Assembly (NCBI RefSeq): GCF_036365525.1
Contig: NC_090375.1
Span: forward strand, 46,031,847 to 46,095,846
Direction of reading: 5' to 3'
Source of the DNA: Heterodontus francisci
Lineage: Eukaryota
Length of the DNA stretch: 64,000 nt
Shown: in pieces, positions 62,051 to 64,000 of the stretch
Numbering within the stretch: position 1 is the first letter of the stretch
Layout of the letters: each line of letters starts with the position of its first letter
Notes under the pieces: generated by a model
The model's input: the letters and a program-made list of their open reading frames with translations, nothing else
Told to the model about the DNA's origin: nothing
The model's database searches: none
Made by a program: the position numbers and the translations under genes

Positions 62051-62863
62051 GGGCTAAATTTTATGTTGCCGTTGTAACAATTGGTGCTGGCCATAAAAAT
62101 TGGCGGTCTGCACGTGCGCGTTTTAGTCTGCGGAGCCGGTGCGATATTATACGCAGCGGCTCATTTAAATGGCTGGGACGGACTGCCCCCCCCCCCCACC
62201 CGATTATGTGGAGGGGGTGGGTGAGCTCTTCCTGGCAACGGTGTCTGTTGCCACTGCGCAGGTGCCATTTTTAAAGGCCTTCCAGCCCTTACATTTAATT
62301 TACATGTTTAAAGGTAAAGTTAAATAAAACTGATTAAAAAAAATTAAATACATATTTCCAGCCCCTCTCCCACCCCCGCCCCATTAACAATACACTCATT
62401 TCTTGCCCTCCCCCCACAAAGTTCACAAACTTTTAACGTTACCCCTTCCCAAAATCCCCTCCACCAATCAGAATAGTTCGACCCCGCTCCCCCCACACTG
62501 AGAAACTTACCTCCTTCCCCCCTCCCCACAGGTGTTGCGCCTCGTCTCCCCAGACGGGGATCCGAAGGCGCGGCAGTGCCGGCCACTGGGATAAAGATTG
62601 CGGCAGTACTTCAGGAAGTGACAGTAACGTCATTAATTCAGGTAAGTTAATGAATTTGAATACTTAAAATACGGTTCCTTCGCAGTGCATGGTGCGGGGG
62701 GGGGGGGGGGGGGGGGGGGGTGGGGGGGAAAAGAGGACGGGGGACCCGCCACAAGGCCTCAAGATCGGGACCGTTGCAGGCCTTTTCCGGGGCAATCTTC
62801 ATGCCCCCCCCCCCCACCCCCCGCCATGGATCCCGATCTTGAGGCCTCTATAAAATCCAGCCC
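62051..62863. mobile_element. PIF/Harbinger-like MITE (813 bp)
   Basis: TIRs GGGCTAAATTTTAT / ATAAAATCCAGCCC; perfect 3-bp TSD ACT (62048-62050, 62864-62866). Confidence 0.8.
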
Positions 62864-62929
62864 ACTGTGTGGAGGACATGCACAATGCAGACTGAGGCAT
62901 GGTGTCTCAGAAGACTGTCCAAGGTGGGC

Positions 62930-64000
62930 AAGAGTAGAACAGAAATGTAGTAGTAATAGGTGTCTCTATAATTTGGGGGATAGATTGCATCCTCTGCAGT
63001 CAAGAATGAGACACCAAATGGGTGTGTTGCTTGCTTGGTGATAGGGTAAAGGATATCTCACGGTGACTGGAGAAGAACTTGGAAAGGGAGGGGGTAAATC
63101 CAGTTGTCATCGTTCATGTTGGAACCATGACATGGATAGGAACAGGGAGGAGGTCCTGCTGAAAGGAGAGTATCAGGAGTTAGGCTCTAAATTTTAAAAG
63201 CAGGACCTTGAGGGTAATCATCTCTAGATTACTGCCTGAGCCACATGCAAATTGGCATTGGAGCAGAAAAATCAGAATTAACATGTGGCTAAAGGGCTCC
63301 CGTGAGAAAGAGATGCGCCTTTTCATGAGTCACTGGCACCAGCTTTGGGACAGGAAGACGCTGTATCAATTTTATGGACTCCATCTGAACTGATATGGGA
63401 CCTGTGTCCTAGGTAAATAGGGAGGTTACAAAAACTTTAAAGTAGTACGTTGGGGGAGGGGAAGGGGGAGAAAGAGATCAGCAAGAAATGTAAACAGCCT
63501 AAATGCAAACAAAACTGGGAAGGAAAGCATTGGAAAGAATAAAGGGGGAAGGGGGAGACATTGATGGCAAGGCAACAAATAGTTTTAGACTTCTATCTTC
63601 TATAACTCTATGGTTAAACATTAAGTGAGAGGAAATCCTATTAAAAATATGAGTTAAAATGTCTGTACAGCAATGCACAGAGTGTCCATAATAAAACAGG
63701 GGAGCTGGAGGCAATCATGCGTCGGGAGGAAACAGATGTAGTAGGGATTACTGAGACTTGGCACAGAAAATATCAAGAATGGGAATTAAACATTGACGGT
63801 ATAACATCTTTAGAAAAGATAGAGGGGATAAAGGGCAGGTGGAATAGCTGTACATGTTAGGGTAACATAATTGCAGTAGAAAAAAGGGAAGTAGCTATCA
63901 GCAAGACAAAAATGGAATCCCAATCGATGAGATAAAAGATGAAGGATCAATCACACTATTATACTACCTAACAGTAGAAAGGGAGATGGAAGAAATATGC
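62930..64000 (+). mobile_element. Decayed CR1 ORF1 (SGNH) and start of ORF2, running off the window end
   Basis: PVVIVHVGT, RVIISRLLPEP, GLHLN; then LKCLYSNAQSVHNK...DVVGITETW. Confidence 0.75.

Overview
Vertebrate, almost certainly cartilaginous-fish (shark-like) genomic DNA. It is not prokaryotic, and most of the ORF track is noise or decayed retroelement frames. The only host coding sequence I can support is the terminal exon (57178-57278, minus strand) plus 3'UTR and polyA signal of a STAR/Sam68-family gene, best matching KHDRBS3 (SLM2/T-STAR). Bases 57279-64000 are its last intron and 1-~56580 is downstream intergenic DNA. Most of the window is transposon-derived: many CR1/HER1-type LINEs (one nearly full length, with SGNH-esterase ORF1 and APE-RT ORF2), HE1 (V-domain) and Deu-domain SINEs, L2 and RTE remnants, Penelope-like elements whose pseudo-LTRs carry minimal hammerhead ribozyme motifs, three solo LTRs, Harbinger-like MITEs, and a Gmr1-type LTR retrotransposon (integrase upstream of RT) split by nested insertions with readable TSDs. 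The most unusual object is a single-ORF APE-RT LINE family that starts with a tRNA-derived Pol III A/B-box head and lacks TTTT runs on its sense strand. A bipartite SINE derivative of it (5' head joined to 3' tail) lies in the same window, making it a candidate Pol III-transcribed autonomous LINE/SINE pair. Coordinates were read by eye, so boundaries without a TSD are approximate.
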